Shown here piece after piece: positions 11,029-21,030 of a stretch of DNA of 64,000 nucleotides. The position numbers were made by a program, and so were the translations under genes. Positions within the stretch are counted from its first letter, which is position 1, and each line of letters opens with the position of its first letter. The notes below the pieces were generated by a model that had not been told where the DNA came from, made no database searches, and was given only the letters and a program-made list of their open reading frames with translations. Origin of the DNA: Desulfatiglandales bacterium (lineage in GTDB: Bacteria; Desulfobacterota; DSM-4660; Desulfatiglandales; Desulfatiglandaceae); the NCBI GenBank assembly GCA_963666345.1, contig OY762721.1, forward strand, positions 4,032,001 through 4,096,000, in the 5' to 3' direction.

Positions 11029-13440
11029 ATGTTAGTCAGTTTTAATTGGTTAAAGGATTTTGTAGATATAGACCTTTCACCCGGCGAACTGGGGAAAATA
11101 CTTACCATGGCCGGACTCGAACTGGAAGGGCTGGAGCCGGTCGGGGAGCCGATTTCAAATATTGTTGTCGGGAAGATCCTTGCTATCGAGCCTCATCCGG
11201 GGGCCGACAGGCTCAGCGTCTGCAAAGTTGATTCCGGAAGTGAAAAGCTCAGTGTCGTATGCGGGGCAACCAACATGAAGGAGGGAGACAAGGTCCCTCT
11301 GGCCCTTCCCGGGGCAATGCTTCCAGGTGGTTCCATCAAAAAGACCAAGATCAGGGGGGTGGAGTCAACAGGCATGCTTCTCGCCGAGGATGAACTGGGC
11401 CTTACCGACGACCATTCAGGAATCATGATCCTGAATCGGGATCTTCCGCAGGGCGCAGACCTTTACGATTGCCTTCCGCTTGAGGACTGGGTACTGGATC
11501 TTAGCATAACCCCTAACAGACCTGACTGGGCCTCCGTACTCGGTATCGCTCGTGAAGTGGCCGCCATTACCAAAAAGCAACTCAAGGTGCCTGAAATCGA
11601 GTTTCAGGAAAAGGGACCTCCCATCGAAGAACTCTGCAGCCTGGATATAAAGGATGATCAGGGATGCCCCCGTTATTCCGCGGGGATTATCCGTGGGGTG
11701 AAGATAGGCCCCTCTCCCTTCTGGATGCGATATCGGCTCCACCTTTGCGGGATAAGGAGCATAAACAACATAGTTGATGTGACAAACTACATCCTCCTTG
11801 AGCTGGGTCAGCCTTTACACTCCTTTGATCTTCAGAGGGTAAGGGACCATAAGATCATAGTCAGAAGGGCTGAGCAGGGAGAGCGTTTCACCACGCTTGA
11901 CGGGGAGACAAGGACTCTCGGCAGTGAAACTCTTATGATATGTGACGGTAAAAGGGCTGTTGCCTTGGCCGGGATCATGGGGGGGCTTAATTCCGAGATA
12001 TTTGAAGGAACCGAAGATGTGCTGCTTGAAAGCGCATTTTTTGATCCCGTTACCATCAGGAGGGGTTCAAAAAGACTGGGCCTGTCGACAGAGGCATCCT
12101 ACAGATTTGAAAGGGGAACCGATATAGACGGGGTCATCACTGCCCAGAAACGCGCGCTGTCTCTTATGGAGGCCCTGGCGGGAGGAGAAATCGCAAGGGG
12201 CATCCTGGATAATTATCCGTCCCCCTACAGGCCGGAGCCTATCCCTTTGAGGGTTGAAAGGACGAACCGTATCCTTGGAACGAAGATCTCATATCAGGAT
12301 ATCCAAGGGTATCTGCAGGATCTGGGGATGACGGTTGAAAAGGCCGATGAGGATGAACTCAAGGTCTTTCCCCCGTCGTTTCGAGTTGACGTTTCAAGAG
12401 AGGCCGATCTCATCGAAGAGGTGGCAAGGCTTGAGGGATATGAAAATATCCCGGTTACCTATCCCAGCATAAGGCCAAATGATGAAAAAGAGCTGCCTGA
12501 GCTTGTCCTGCGTGATCGAATCAGGGGCATTATGAAAGGAGCCGGTTTTTCCGAGATAATCACCTACAGCTTCATTTCACCTGAAAGCGCGGACATACTG
12601 GAGGCGGCCGAAGACAGTGAGCTCAGGTCCTTTGTCAAGATAATCAACCCTTTGACCGTGGACCAGTCGGTCATGAGAACCTCTCTTGTGCCGGGCATGC
12701 TTTCTACCGTAAGGACGAATGTCTTTCATGATGAAAAGTCTTTGAGACTTTTTGAATGGGGCAAGATATTCATAGGCCGTAAAGGCGAGCCCCAGCCCCT
12801 TGAAAAGACCATGCTTGCCGCTGTTATTTCCGGTGCGGTCAAGGAAAAGACATGGTATGATAATGAAAGACTTTCAGACTATTACGACATAAAAGGTGCG
12901 GCCGAGGCGCTCCTTGAAGACCTGGGAATTGAAGATGTATCATTTAGGAGACAAGCGCGATTCCCGGGATATGATGAAAATGATTCAGCTGCCATCTGTT
13001 CGGGCGATAAGGTTATTGGAAAAATCGGTAAGGTATCATATAATGCGCTTAAGGCATATGAGATAGAAAAGGAGCCGGTGCTGCTTTTTGAGATCGATAT
13101 ACCGGCACTTATGGAATACATGCCTGACAAGGTAACCTTTCGCCCCTTTGCCAGGTTTCCAGCCGTTTACAGGGATCTTTCCATTATAGTGGGCAGGGAA
13201 GTTGAAGGTGCTGCAATCCTTGATATAATCAGAAATGCGGGAAAGACTCTGGTGGAATCCGTTAAAATATTCGACGTATATCAGGGGAAGAATCTTGATC
13301 CTTCAAAAAAGGCCCTGGCATTCAGGGTCTGCTACCGCTCGGAACGGGGCACCCTTGACGGCTCAGAGGTAAACAGCCTGCATGAAAAGATAATCGAGGA
13401 GATTCGAAAGGAGACCGGGGGAACTCTGAAGGAGGGATGA
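11029..13440 (+). CDS. pheT: Phenylalanyl-tRNA synthetase beta subunit
   Basis: tRNA-binding OB fold, ITPNRPD, B3/4 domain, DLIEEVAR, C-terminal FDX-ACB domain. Confidence 0.98.
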   Translation: MLVSFNWLKDFVDIDLSPGELGKILTMAGLELEGLEPVGEPISNIVVGKILAIEPHPGADRLSVCKVDSGSEKLSVVCGATNMKEGDKVPLALPGAMLPGGSIKKTKIRGVESTGMLLAEDELGLTDDHSGIMILNRDLPQGADLYDCLPLEDWVLDLSITPNRPDWASVLGIAREVAAITKKQLKVPEIEFQEKGPPIEELCSLDIKDDQGCPRYSAGIIRGVKIGPSPFWMRYRLHLCGIRSINNIVDVTNYILLELGQPLHSFDLQRVRDHKIIVRRAEQGERFTTLDGETRTLGSETLMICDGKRAVALAGIMGGLNSEIFEGTEDVLLESAFFDPVTIRRGSKRLGLSTEASYRFERGTDIDGVITAQKRALSLMEALAGGEIARGILDNYPSPYRPEPIPLRVERTNRILGTKISYQDIQGYLQDLGMTVEKADEDELKVFPPSFRVDVSREADLIEEVARLEGYENIPVTYPSIRPNDEKELPELVLRDRIRGIMKGAGFSEIITYSFISPESADILEAAEDSELRSFVKIINPLTVDQSVMRTSLVPGMLSTVRTNVFHDEKSLRLFEWGKIFIGRKGEPQPLEKTMLAAVISGAVKEKTWYDNERLSDYYDIKGAAEALLEDLGIEDVSFRRQARFPGYDENDSAAICSGDKVIGKIGKVSYNALKAYEIEKEPVLLFEIDIPALMEYMPDKVTFRPFARFPAVYRDLSIIVGREVEGAAILDIIRNAGKTLVESVKIFDVYQGKNLDPSKKALAFRVCYRSERGTLDGSEVNSLHEKIIEEIRKETGGTLKEG

Positions 13441-13444
13441 GGCA

Positions 13445-13771
13445 ATGGTCGAGATACCTGATGACAGGCGTTATTTTCGTATCGGGGAAGCAAGCCGCAT
13501 CATCGGGGTTGAGCCTTACGTGCTGAGATACTGGGAAAGCGAATTTTCCCAGGTCAGACCGCGAAGGGCCGATTCCAGACAGAGGACCTACCAGAAAAAG
13601 GACCTGGAGGCGCTCCTTAGAATAAAAGAGCTCCTTTACGAAGAGAAGATGACTATCGAAGGGGCAAGAAAGAGGCTGAAGCAGGAAAGAAACATGGCCC
13701 CCGAAACCACAAAACCCCACCTTAAAGAGATAAGAGATGATCTCAAGGCGATCTTAAGAATCCTTGCCTAG
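13445..13771 (+). CDS. MerR-family transcriptional regulator
   Basis: YFRIGEAS...VLRYWESEF...IKELLYEEKMTIEGA, the type usually found after pheT/ihfA. Confidence 0.9.
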   Translation: MVEIPDDRRYFRIGEASRIIGVEPYVLRYWESEFSQVRPRRADSRQRTYQKKDLEALLRIKELLYEEKMTIEGARKRLKQERNMAPETTKPHLKEIRDDLKAILRILA

Positions 13772-14167
13772 TCAGCTGCTGTATAGTTCCGCCCCTAAAG
13801 CGGCAAATCTGCTTGAATGCCTGCCATTTCTTCCTCATTAATCATTTTTCCATGACCAGGATAAAAAGTCCTGTGGCACTGACTCTGGTTGTGCCTTCAA
13901 GGCAGTGATTATCCAATGACAGGATGAAGCGCGCTTGGATATGATATTGGTTTACTTGCCTATTCAGGAATTATGGAATATTTGAATCCCTGCTATCTGC
14001 TCCTGAATTTACCAATTCGGGTGCAGTCAATAAGCCTGTCCAAAAAGTTGGTTCTTATGTTAACTTAAATATTGAGAATTATTATATAAAATATTAGTGA
14101 TGAATGGATTGCCACAACCTTATGATTAAGGCTTCTGAAGGCAAAAGAGGGTGAATGCTAATCAAGA

Positions 14168-15364
14168 TCAGCAGGTGAAGATTTCAACCGGGGTGCTGCT
14201 TATCATCCTGTGACCATCTTTAGTTACAAGAAACACGCTTTCAACACCTGCGGCAAATTCATCCAGAAAGGTCATCTTGGGTTCAAGGGCAAAGACCATG
14301 CCTGACTGAAGAATATCAGTTCTGCCGGCTGCGATAATGGGCCTTTCTATCAGTTCCATGCCGATTCCGTGACCTATGAAGGTGACCCGGTAATCGGAAG
14401 GTCCCAGATAGTAGTCTTCATAACCGAGAGACCTTGCCTTTTTGACGGAAATCCGGAAAAGTTCATCAACCGTTATACCTGCCCTTACATTTTCCAGGAC
14501 CTCGTTGTGTATCTCTATTGCTGCAAGGCATGCGTCCATGGCCTTTTGGGGCATCTTCCCTATTGAAAGCATACGGGTCTCATCAAAGTGGTAGCCGTTG
14601 AGAACCGAGTTGAAATCTATCATAACGGGATCTCCCTTAGCAAAAGGCCTGTATCCGGCGCCGCAGGGAAAGGCGGGGGATGTGCCCTCGCCGCTTGAAG
14701 GGGAATCGAGAAGCCCTATCATGCCCCCGCTTTTTCCGCTCAAAATATGCCAGGCATAGCCCTCTGTGTGATAATCCCTGACCCTCATCATGCCCCCATG
14801 GCCCAGGTTTCGTGCATAGGCCTCAAGCATGCCGGCAAATTCCATTTCGGAAAGCCCTTCCCTCATATTATTTCTTGCATATTCAAAGCAACTGCAAGAA
14901 AGCTCTCCTGTCTTCTCTATCTGCTCTACCTCCCACGCGGATTTTATCATCCTTTGAGAAAGGATCAGGTCAGAGGCATCGAGGACCGTCTGCTCCTTGA
15001 AAATATTTTTTATGAACCGGTACTCCCTTACAGGAATTACATCAAGTTCAAGGCCGATTTTGGCAGGAAGCCGACCGTAGAAATCGCGAATCCTTTGAGG
15101 TGCCTCTTTTATGGATTCGATCCTGACTATCTGCCCTAGCGGGGATTCCTCCATTGCCCTTGGAAGGTACCTCTTTATAAGCAGAAGCGGTTTTCCCTCA
15201 GATGGTATGAAAAGATAGCCCCTCTGGGCCGTGCCGGAGTAGTAGAGGAGATCGACCCTCTGGATTATAAAGAGGGCGTCGATGTCACTATTCTGCAAAC
15301 GATACTGGATTTGTTCTATGCGCCGGGCTATTTCCGGGGCGGGAATTCTGAAATCACAGGTCAT
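14168..15364 (-). CDS. M24 family Xaa-Pro peptidase
   Basis: Creatinase-like N-domain; metal-binding D, D, GHGIG, EP and E motifs. Confidence 0.88.
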   Translation of the reverse strand: MTCDFRIPAPEIARRIEQIQYRLQNSDIDALFIIQRVDLLYYSGTAQRGYLFIPSEGKPLLLIKRYLPRAMEESPLGQIVRIESIKEAPQRIRDFYGRLPAKIGLELDVIPVREYRFIKNIFKEQTVLDASDLILSQRMIKSAWEVEQIEKTGELSCSCFEYARNNMREGLSEMEFAGMLEAYARNLGHGGMMRVRDYHTEGYAWHILSGKSGGMIGLLDSPSSGEGTSPAFPCGAGYRPFAKGDPVMIDFNSVLNGYHFDETRMLSIGKMPQKAMDACLAAIEIHNEVLENVRAGITVDELFRISVKKARSLGYEDYYLGPSDYRVTFIGHGIGMELIERPIIAAGRTDILQSGMVFALEPKMTFLDEFAAGVESVFLVTKDGHRMISSTPVEIFTC

Positions 15365-15570
15365 TTTGTTCCCCTTAGATGAATGGATAATTGTCCGGGT
15401 GGTTTAATAGGCCAATAGTATAATTAATGAAAAGGTTCAAGGGTACGGAGATTCAAGTGTTCTGGTTTTAGGGATTCTTTACTTCGATCGGGCGATGGTT
15501 ATAATATGTGTAAGTTTGAAAATAATCAATGCCCGTGAAGGGCTGGAAAAATAATAATCCGGGGAAAGGT

Positions 15571-16011
15571 ATGCCGACGGAAGAGGGTCTTGTAAAGGAA
15601 ACGGGAAACGGAAAGGCCAGGGTCAGGGTCCAGAGGAGTTCCGCGTGCAAGAGCTGCAGTTCACGTGATCATTGTGAGATAAATTCTTCAAGGGATGTGA
15701 CAGTCGATGTAATTAACGAGATAGGGGCAAAAGAGGGCGACTGGGTGGAACTGAGCGTGCCGGCCGGGTCTTTTCTGAGGCTTTCCCTGGTGGTTTATCT
15801 CCTTCCGGTTGTGGCGCTGATCGTGGGGGCGGTGGTTGGTAACGAGCTGGGAAGGGCCTTTGACATATCCTCAGGTTTTTCATCCGTTGCGGGAGGGGTG
15901 CTAGGTATTATCCTGACCTACTTCATACTGAGAGGGGTAAACAGGCGCTCTGAGAGCTCAAATAAGTACAGCCCCAGGCTGACAAGAATCATATATCGAA
16001 CCGGGGGCTGA
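15571..16011 (+). CDS. rseC: RseC/MucC family membrane protein
   Basis: VRVQRSSACKSCSSRDHC, GAKEGDWVEL, YLLP and two C-terminal TM helices; start at MPTEEG. Confidence 0.85.
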   Translation: MPTEEGLVKETGNGKARVRVQRSSACKSCSSRDHCEINSSRDVTVDVINEIGAKEGDWVELSVPAGSFLRLSLVVYLLPVVALIVGAVVGNELGRAFDISSGFSSVAGGVLGIILTYFILRGVNRRSESSNKYSPRLTRIIYRTGG

Positions 16012-16033
16012 TATCGTTCACATGCAATATCGG

Positions 16034-16075
16034 AAGGCCTCCGGAAAACGCGATTTTTCAGAGGTGCCTTTTTTT
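16034..16075. terminator. Intrinsic terminator-like hairpin between convergent rseC and rnfB
   Basis: Imperfect AAGGC/CTC...GAG/GCCTT stem followed by a T-run. Confidence 0.5.
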
Positions 16076-18135
16076 CAGTTTCTCCTGTAACAGTAGATCC
16101 CGCACTGAAGGCACCGTTTTGCCTCATCCCTTGCCTGTTCCTCTGAAAAACCGAGTTCAACCTCGGTGAAACTTCCCGCCCTTTCAGGCACATGTATGTC
16201 AGGCATCTTGTTCCTGGGAGAGACGGGGACGCTTTTGAGCTCTTCCTCTGTCGCCTCATCCCAGATCTTTTTCCTCAGCTTTTGAGGCGCCTTAACGCGG
16301 GTTTCGCCGTTAAGATAACTGTGGATGGACATGGCCGCCTTTCTTGCTGCACCGAAGGCCTCGACAACTGTGGCGGGCCCGGTTACGCCGTCACCGCCTG
16401 CAAATACCCAGTCAATATTGGACTGGCCCGTGTCTTCATCCGTGTCTATGGTGTTCCACCTGTTAAGCGCCACCTCACCCTCATCACATTCAAGGGCCTC
16501 TTTGTCATACATGGCAAACTGACCTATGGCGGCAATTACATTGTCGAGCTCGATTATGGTTTCGGTTCCTTCCACAGGCACCGGTCTTCTTCTACCGCTT
16601 GCATCAGGCTCTCCCAGTTCCATCTTGAGGAACTCGAGTGCGGTGAGCCTGTTGTTTTCCCCTATCAGACGGGTAGGGGCGGCCAGGAAGTGAAACTTGA
16701 TACCCTCAGCCTCAGCCTCCGCGACCTCGTAATCGGCGGCAGGCATCTCTTTTCTGCTCCTGCGGTAGATAACCGTGACCTCCTCCGCCCCGAGCCTCCA
16801 GGAGGTCCGGGCAGCGTCTATAGCGGTGTTTCCGCCGCCGATTATGGCGACCCTTTTTCCTATCTTTACATCCTTTTCAAGACCCATCTGTATCAGGTAT
16901 TGAGTGCCGGAAAGCACTCCTTCAAGGTCTTCTCCCTCCACCCGCATGTTTCTGCTTCCCCAGGCGCCGATTCCGATAAACACGGCATCAAAGCCCTCAT
17001 CCTTTAGGCTCTGGAGGTTGAAGTCCTTTCCGAATCGTTTGTTCATCCGGACATCAATGTCTCCCAGGCCGGTAATGCCTTCTATCTCCCAGTCAAGGGT
17101 ATTCTTGGGAAGCCTGTATTCAGGGATACCGTAGCGGAGCATCCCTCCCAGCTTGGGCATGGCCTCAAATATGGTTGAGGCGTGTCCCATCCTCCTGAGA
17201 TAATAGGCGGCGGCAAGGCCTGCCGGCCCTCCTCCCACTATAGCCACCTTCTTTTCCGAAAGCGGGGCCTTGGGGGTCTCGTACCTGCTGCCGCTCTTGA
17301 GTTCCTTGTCCGCGCAGAATCGTTTCAGGTGGTTTATGTTGACCGGCTCATCAACGCTGTTTCTCCTGCATTCCGATTCGCAGAAATGGGGGCACACGCG
17401 GCCGATGGAAAGGGGCATGGGCACGCTTTCCTTTATGACCTGAAGCGCCTCTTTGTCACGGCCCTGGTCTATGAGTCTTATGTAAAGCGGTATATCGACC
17501 TGGGCCGGACATCGCTGCTGACATGGGGCAAGGCATTCGTCCAGCACGTTCAGGTGCATGATCCGCAGGGTATTTGATGTGAGATGGATGATGTTTTTGG
17601 GGCAGACCCTTTCGCACGTGCCGCAGCCGGTGCATTTTTCCATGTCCACTACAGGAAGGTTGTCTGGTCCGATCCGAAGTGCGTCAAACGGGCATGCCTT
17701 GACGCATGTTCCGAGTCCCAGACATCCGATCGGGCAGAGCTTTGAGCCTCCGTTTAGAAGCACCGCCGCCCTGCAGTCCTGGACCCCGTCATATCGGAAT
17801 TTCAAATCGGCGTCCTGAACCCCATAGGTGCAGCCCGGTTTTGCTATCTCAGGCTCCCTCAGCTCGAACTTCACACCCATTATCTCGGCGATTTCGGCGG
17901 CCAGTTCAGGTCCGCCCGCAACACAGGATGACGGGGATGCCTTTCCCTTGACAATGGCTTCAGCATTCGCGCTGCAACCGGGCAGACCGCAGCCGCCGCA
18001 ATTGGCCCCAGGCAGGGCATCTTCAATGGCCTCAATCTTCGGGTCCACGTAGACGTAGAATATCTTTGACGCTATTGCGAGTCCGGCACCGACTACTATG
18101 CCGAGTCCGCCCATTACCAAAAGGCCGCCTAACAT
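16075..18135 (-). CDS. rnfB: RnfB fused to a GltD/NfnB-like FAD-dependent NAD(P)H oxidoreductase
   Basis: N-terminal TM anchor, LPGANCGGCGLPGC and ferredoxin motifs, then APCQQRCP/GRVCPHFCESEC, GGGPAG, YGIPEYRLP and GGGNTAID...YRRS; AGGAGG RBS before 18135. Confidence 0.9.
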   Translation of the reverse strand: MLGGLLVMGGLGIVVGAGLAIASKIFYVYVDPKIEAIEDALPGANCGGCGLPGCSANAEAIVKGKASPSSCVAGGPELAAEIAEIMGVKFELREPEIAKPGCTYGVQDADLKFRYDGVQDCRAAVLLNGGSKLCPIGCLGLGTCVKACPFDALRIGPDNLPVVDMEKCTGCGTCERVCPKNIIHLTSNTLRIMHLNVLDECLAPCQQRCPAQVDIPLYIRLIDQGRDKEALQVIKESVPMPLSIGRVCPHFCESECRRNSVDEPVNINHLKRFCADKELKSGSRYETPKAPLSEKKVAIVGGGPAGLAAAYYLRRMGHASTIFEAMPKLGGMLRYGIPEYRLPKNTLDWEIEGITGLGDIDVRMNKRFGKDFNLQSLKDEGFDAVFIGIGAWGSRNMRVEGEDLEGVLSGTQYLIQMGLEKDVKIGKRVAIIGGGNTAIDAARTSWRLGAEEVTVIYRRSRKEMPAADYEVAEAEAEGIKFHFLAAPTRLIGENNRLTALEFLKMELGEPDASGRRRPVPVEGTETIIELDNVIAAIGQFAMYDKEALECDEGEVALNRWNTIDTDEDTGQSNIDWVFAGGDGVTGPATVVEAFGAARKAAMSIHSYLNGETRVKAPQKLRKKIWDEATEEELKSVPVSPRNKMPDIHVPERAGSFTEVELGFSEEQARDEAKRCLQCGIYCYRRN

Positions 18136-18202
18136 GTTGTTCCTCCTGTTTTCATGTGTCCGGGTGTGAGGTCCCGGTACAATATCCTTTATGCAATATT
18201 GT

Positions 18203-18778
18203 TTAGACCATCCCCTTAAAGGCGAAAAAGGCAAGGGAAAGCATGCCGGCGGACACCAGTCCTATTGAAGTGTCCCGAAGTGGCCTGGGCACCCTTGCGA
18301 GTATTATCCTTTCCCTTATGGCAGCAAAAAGTATAAGGGCAAGGCCGAAACCCACGGCATAGCTGAAAGATGATATTAGTGCCTGGATGAAGGTGTACTC
18401 CTCGTTGATATTTATCAGGCACACGCCCATTACCGCGCAGTTTGTGGTTATAAGGGGAAGGAAAATTCCGAGGCCCGCGTAGAGGGCGGGCACCGATTTT
18501 CTGAGAAACATCTCAACAAACTGAACGAGTGATGCTATCACAAGTATGAAGGCCAGGGTCCTCAGATATTCGTAGCCGAATGGTTTGAGTATGAAGTTGT
18601 CCGTTACCCAGGTCATGGCGCCTGCCATGACAAGTACGAATACAACCGCCATGGCCATTCCGATGGCGGTCTCCATCCTTTTTGAAACGCCCAGGAAGGG
18701 ACAATTGCCCAGATACTGCATCAAAAGGATGTTGTTAACGAAGATGCAGCTAACTGCCAGTATTATGTAATCACCCAT
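18203..18778 (-). CDS. rnfA: Rnf subunit A
   Basis: NNILLMQYLGNCPFLG, LGIFLPLITTNCAVMG. Confidence 0.94.
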   Translation of the reverse strand: MGDYIILAVSCIFVNNILLMQYLGNCPFLGVSKRMETAIGMAMAVVFVLVMAGAMTWVTDNFILKPFGYEYLRTLAFILVIASLVQFVEMFLRKSVPALYAGLGIFLPLITTNCAVMGVCLININEEYTFIQALISSFSYAVGFGLALILFAAIRERIILARVPRPLRDTSIGLVSAGMLSLAFFAFKGMV

Positions 18779-18813
18779 GTAACTTCTCCTCGCCCAAGGA
18801 ATAAGGGGCTTGA

Positions 18814-19407
18814 CTATTTTTTACCAAGCATATTCATCAGGCACAGCATTAGACCCAGACATACAAAGGCCCCGGGGGCCTCAACCATGAAGGTAAAGGG
18901 CTTGAAAGAGGGGCCGAAAAGTTCCATATTGAGCAGCGTTCCATATCCAAGGGCCTCCCTGAACATGGCAAGTACGGTAAGGGAAAGGGTAAAACCTATT
19001 CCTATACCCAGACCGTCGGCAAAAGATGGAATAACACTGTTTTTTGCCGCAAATGCCTCGGCGCGACCCAGGACTATGCAGTTTACGACTATAAGGGGGA
19101 TAAATATGCCCAGTTTGAGAAACAGGGGGTATGTGTAGGCCTGCATCACCAGTTCCACAACCGTGACAAAAGTCGCTATTACAACTATATAGCAGGCTAT
19201 CCTCACTTTTTTGGGAATTACATTTCTCAGAAGTGAGATTATTATATTGGAGCAGACCAGAACAAAGGTTGTGGCTACGCCCATACCGATGCCGTTTTCC
19301 ACGGTCTTTGTCACCGCCAGGGTAGGGCAGAGCCCCAGAACAAGGCGGAAAGGAGGAATCTCAGCCCAAAGCCCCTTTGCAAATTCCTGAACAACACTCT
19401 TTGCCAT
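18814..19407 (-). CDS. rnfE: Rnf subunit E
   Basis: LGLCPTLAVT, FIPLIVVNCIVLGRAEAFA. Confidence 0.94.
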   Translation of the reverse strand: MAKSVVQEFAKGLWAEIPPFRLVLGLCPTLAVTKTVENGIGMGVATTFVLVCSNIIISLLRNVIPKKVRIACYIVVIATFVTVVELVMQAYTYPLFLKLGIFIPLIVVNCIVLGRAEAFAAKNSVIPSFADGLGIGIGFTLSLTVLAMFREALGYGTLLNMELFGPSFKPFTFMVEAPGAFVCLGLMLCLMNMLGKK

Positions 19408-19487
19408 GACCCGTTTTCTCCCGTTTTAGCATGACGAGCCCCTGTGTGAGCGCCCCTGGTATCAGGGGCCTCCGGGGTTCGGCTATT

Positions 19488-20069
19488 TTAACCCATCTGT
19501 TCAATTATCTTGTCTTTGAGCCTGGAATAGATCTGCGATAAATCGGTAACCGCCGCACAAACTCCACGTGAGGTAAATGTCGCCCCGCTTATCGCGTCTA
19601 TATCTCCTCCGTCGGTCCTCACCTTGAAGGGCGCCTTCATTGAAAGGCCCTTGAACTGGGACACGAACGAGGGATCGGTCTTCGCCCTGGAGCCCACACC
19701 CGGGGTTTCGCTGTGGGTGGTGACGCCTACTCCCACTATCTCGTCCGTCTCTATGTTCACGGCCGCTATGACTCCCACATCTCCGCCATAGCCCTTTCCG
19801 TAAGACTCAAAGGCAACCGTATTCTTCTTGCCGTTGAATTGGCCGATGAAGAAATTGCGTTCCATTTTGCCGTCCATTATCTTGAAACGGTCCACAAGGG
19901 GATCATTGGTGCAGCCCTCCATTATCTGTTTGATTGTAGGACCCTTTACGAATTTGAGCTGCTGATACTCTATTTTTTCCTGTGTCCCGTTTCGAACGGT
20001 CGCAAGCAGCCCCCCGGACACCGCGCTGAAGATGGTGATAACGATAAAAAGTCTAAACATCTCACGCAT
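19488..20069 (-). CDS. rnfG: Rnf subunit G
   Basis: N-terminal TM helix, GYGG, HSETPGVG and the flavinylation motif DAISGATFTS; start at MREMF. Confidence 0.93.
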   Translation of the reverse strand: MREMFRLFIVITIFSAVSGGLLATVRNGTQEKIEYQQLKFVKGPTIKQIMEGCTNDPLVDRFKIMDGKMERNFFIGQFNGKKNTVAFESYGKGYGGDVGVIAAVNIETDEIVGVGVTTHSETPGVGSRAKTDPSFVSQFKGLSMKAPFKVRTDGGDIDAISGATFTSRGVCAAVTDLSQIYSRLKDKIIEQMG

Positions 20070-21030
20070 GTTCAACCCCCCTACCCAGGGCCTTCGGCCT
20101 GATTTTGTCAATAAGCGGATTAGCCACGTTCATAAGCAGGATGGTGAAAACCACACCATCAGTGAAAGCGCCCAGGTTGCGTACCAGGATCGTGAGAATT
20201 CCCGCCCCTGCCCCGTAGATAAGCATGGGAATGAAATTGACCGGAGAAGAGGAATCCTCCGGTGCAAGGAAAAAGGCGCCGATCAGCGTATAACCTGTAA
20301 AGATGTGAAACAGAGGCTGGGCGTATTTTGCCGAATCAATCATATTGAATACCAGAGCGGTGACAAATATACCCGCAAGAAAGGATACAGGGATCTCCCA
20401 GCGCACATGACCTCTCAGAATGAGATATATTCCTCCGACAATAAGACCCAGACCGAAGGTCGATCCGATCCCGCCCACCTGTCTGCCCATGATAAGTCCC
20501 GCCAGACTGTAATCGGCCGCTGCTTCCGCGCCGAAGTGCTTGACCGCTCCCAGAGGAAATAGCATGTAAAAGTCAAAATCGTAGTTTACCAGGGCTTCGT
20601 CAAAGCGCAGTATACCCTTCCATGAAAGCAGGAGGATCGCTACCGCCACAAGTGTGGGGTTAAATGGGTTGCATCCTACCCCTCCGTATATGAGCTTGCC
20701 TATTATTATCGCCGCAAATGTCCCTATAAGGACTACCCACCAAGGCAGGGTGGCGGGCATAAGCATAGAGAAAAGGAGTCCTATCAAAGCGGCATTACCG
20801 TCACCTATGGTAACCGGCCTTTTCATCACCAGGTTCATAAGCAATTCCCATAGCATGGCGCACGACACTGAAAAGGCCACAACAGCAAGGGCCGGAATCC
20901 CGTACTGAAAAATGCCGAAGATAACCGCCGGAAGTGCGGCAAGCATGATATCGTAACTCTTTTTAGTAATAGAGCTTCCATTGTGCCAGAAAGGTGCATA
21001 GGAGCTTACTAACAGCTTGTTGCTACGCAT
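20062..21030 (-). CDS. rnfD: Rnf subunit D (divergent)
   Basis: Polytopic membrane protein with GGVGCNPFNP, GAFF and ILLMN...PLID; lies between rnfC and rnfG. Confidence 0.9.
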   Translation of the reverse strand: MRSNKLLVSSYAPFWHNGSSITKKSYDIMLAALPAVIFGIFQYGIPALAVVAFSVSCAMLWELLMNLVMKRPVTIGDGNAALIGLLFSMLMPATLPWWVVLIGTFAAIIIGKLIYGGVGCNPFNPTLVAVAILLLSWKGILRFDEALVNYDFDFYMLFPLGAVKHFGAEAAADYSLAGLIMGRQVGGIGSTFGLGLIVGGIYLILRGHVRWEIPVSFLAGIFVTALVFNMIDSAKYAQPLFHIFTGYTLIGAFFLAPEDSSSPVNFIPMLIYGAGAGILTILVRNLGAFTDGVVFTILLMNVANPLIDKIRPKALGRGVEHA

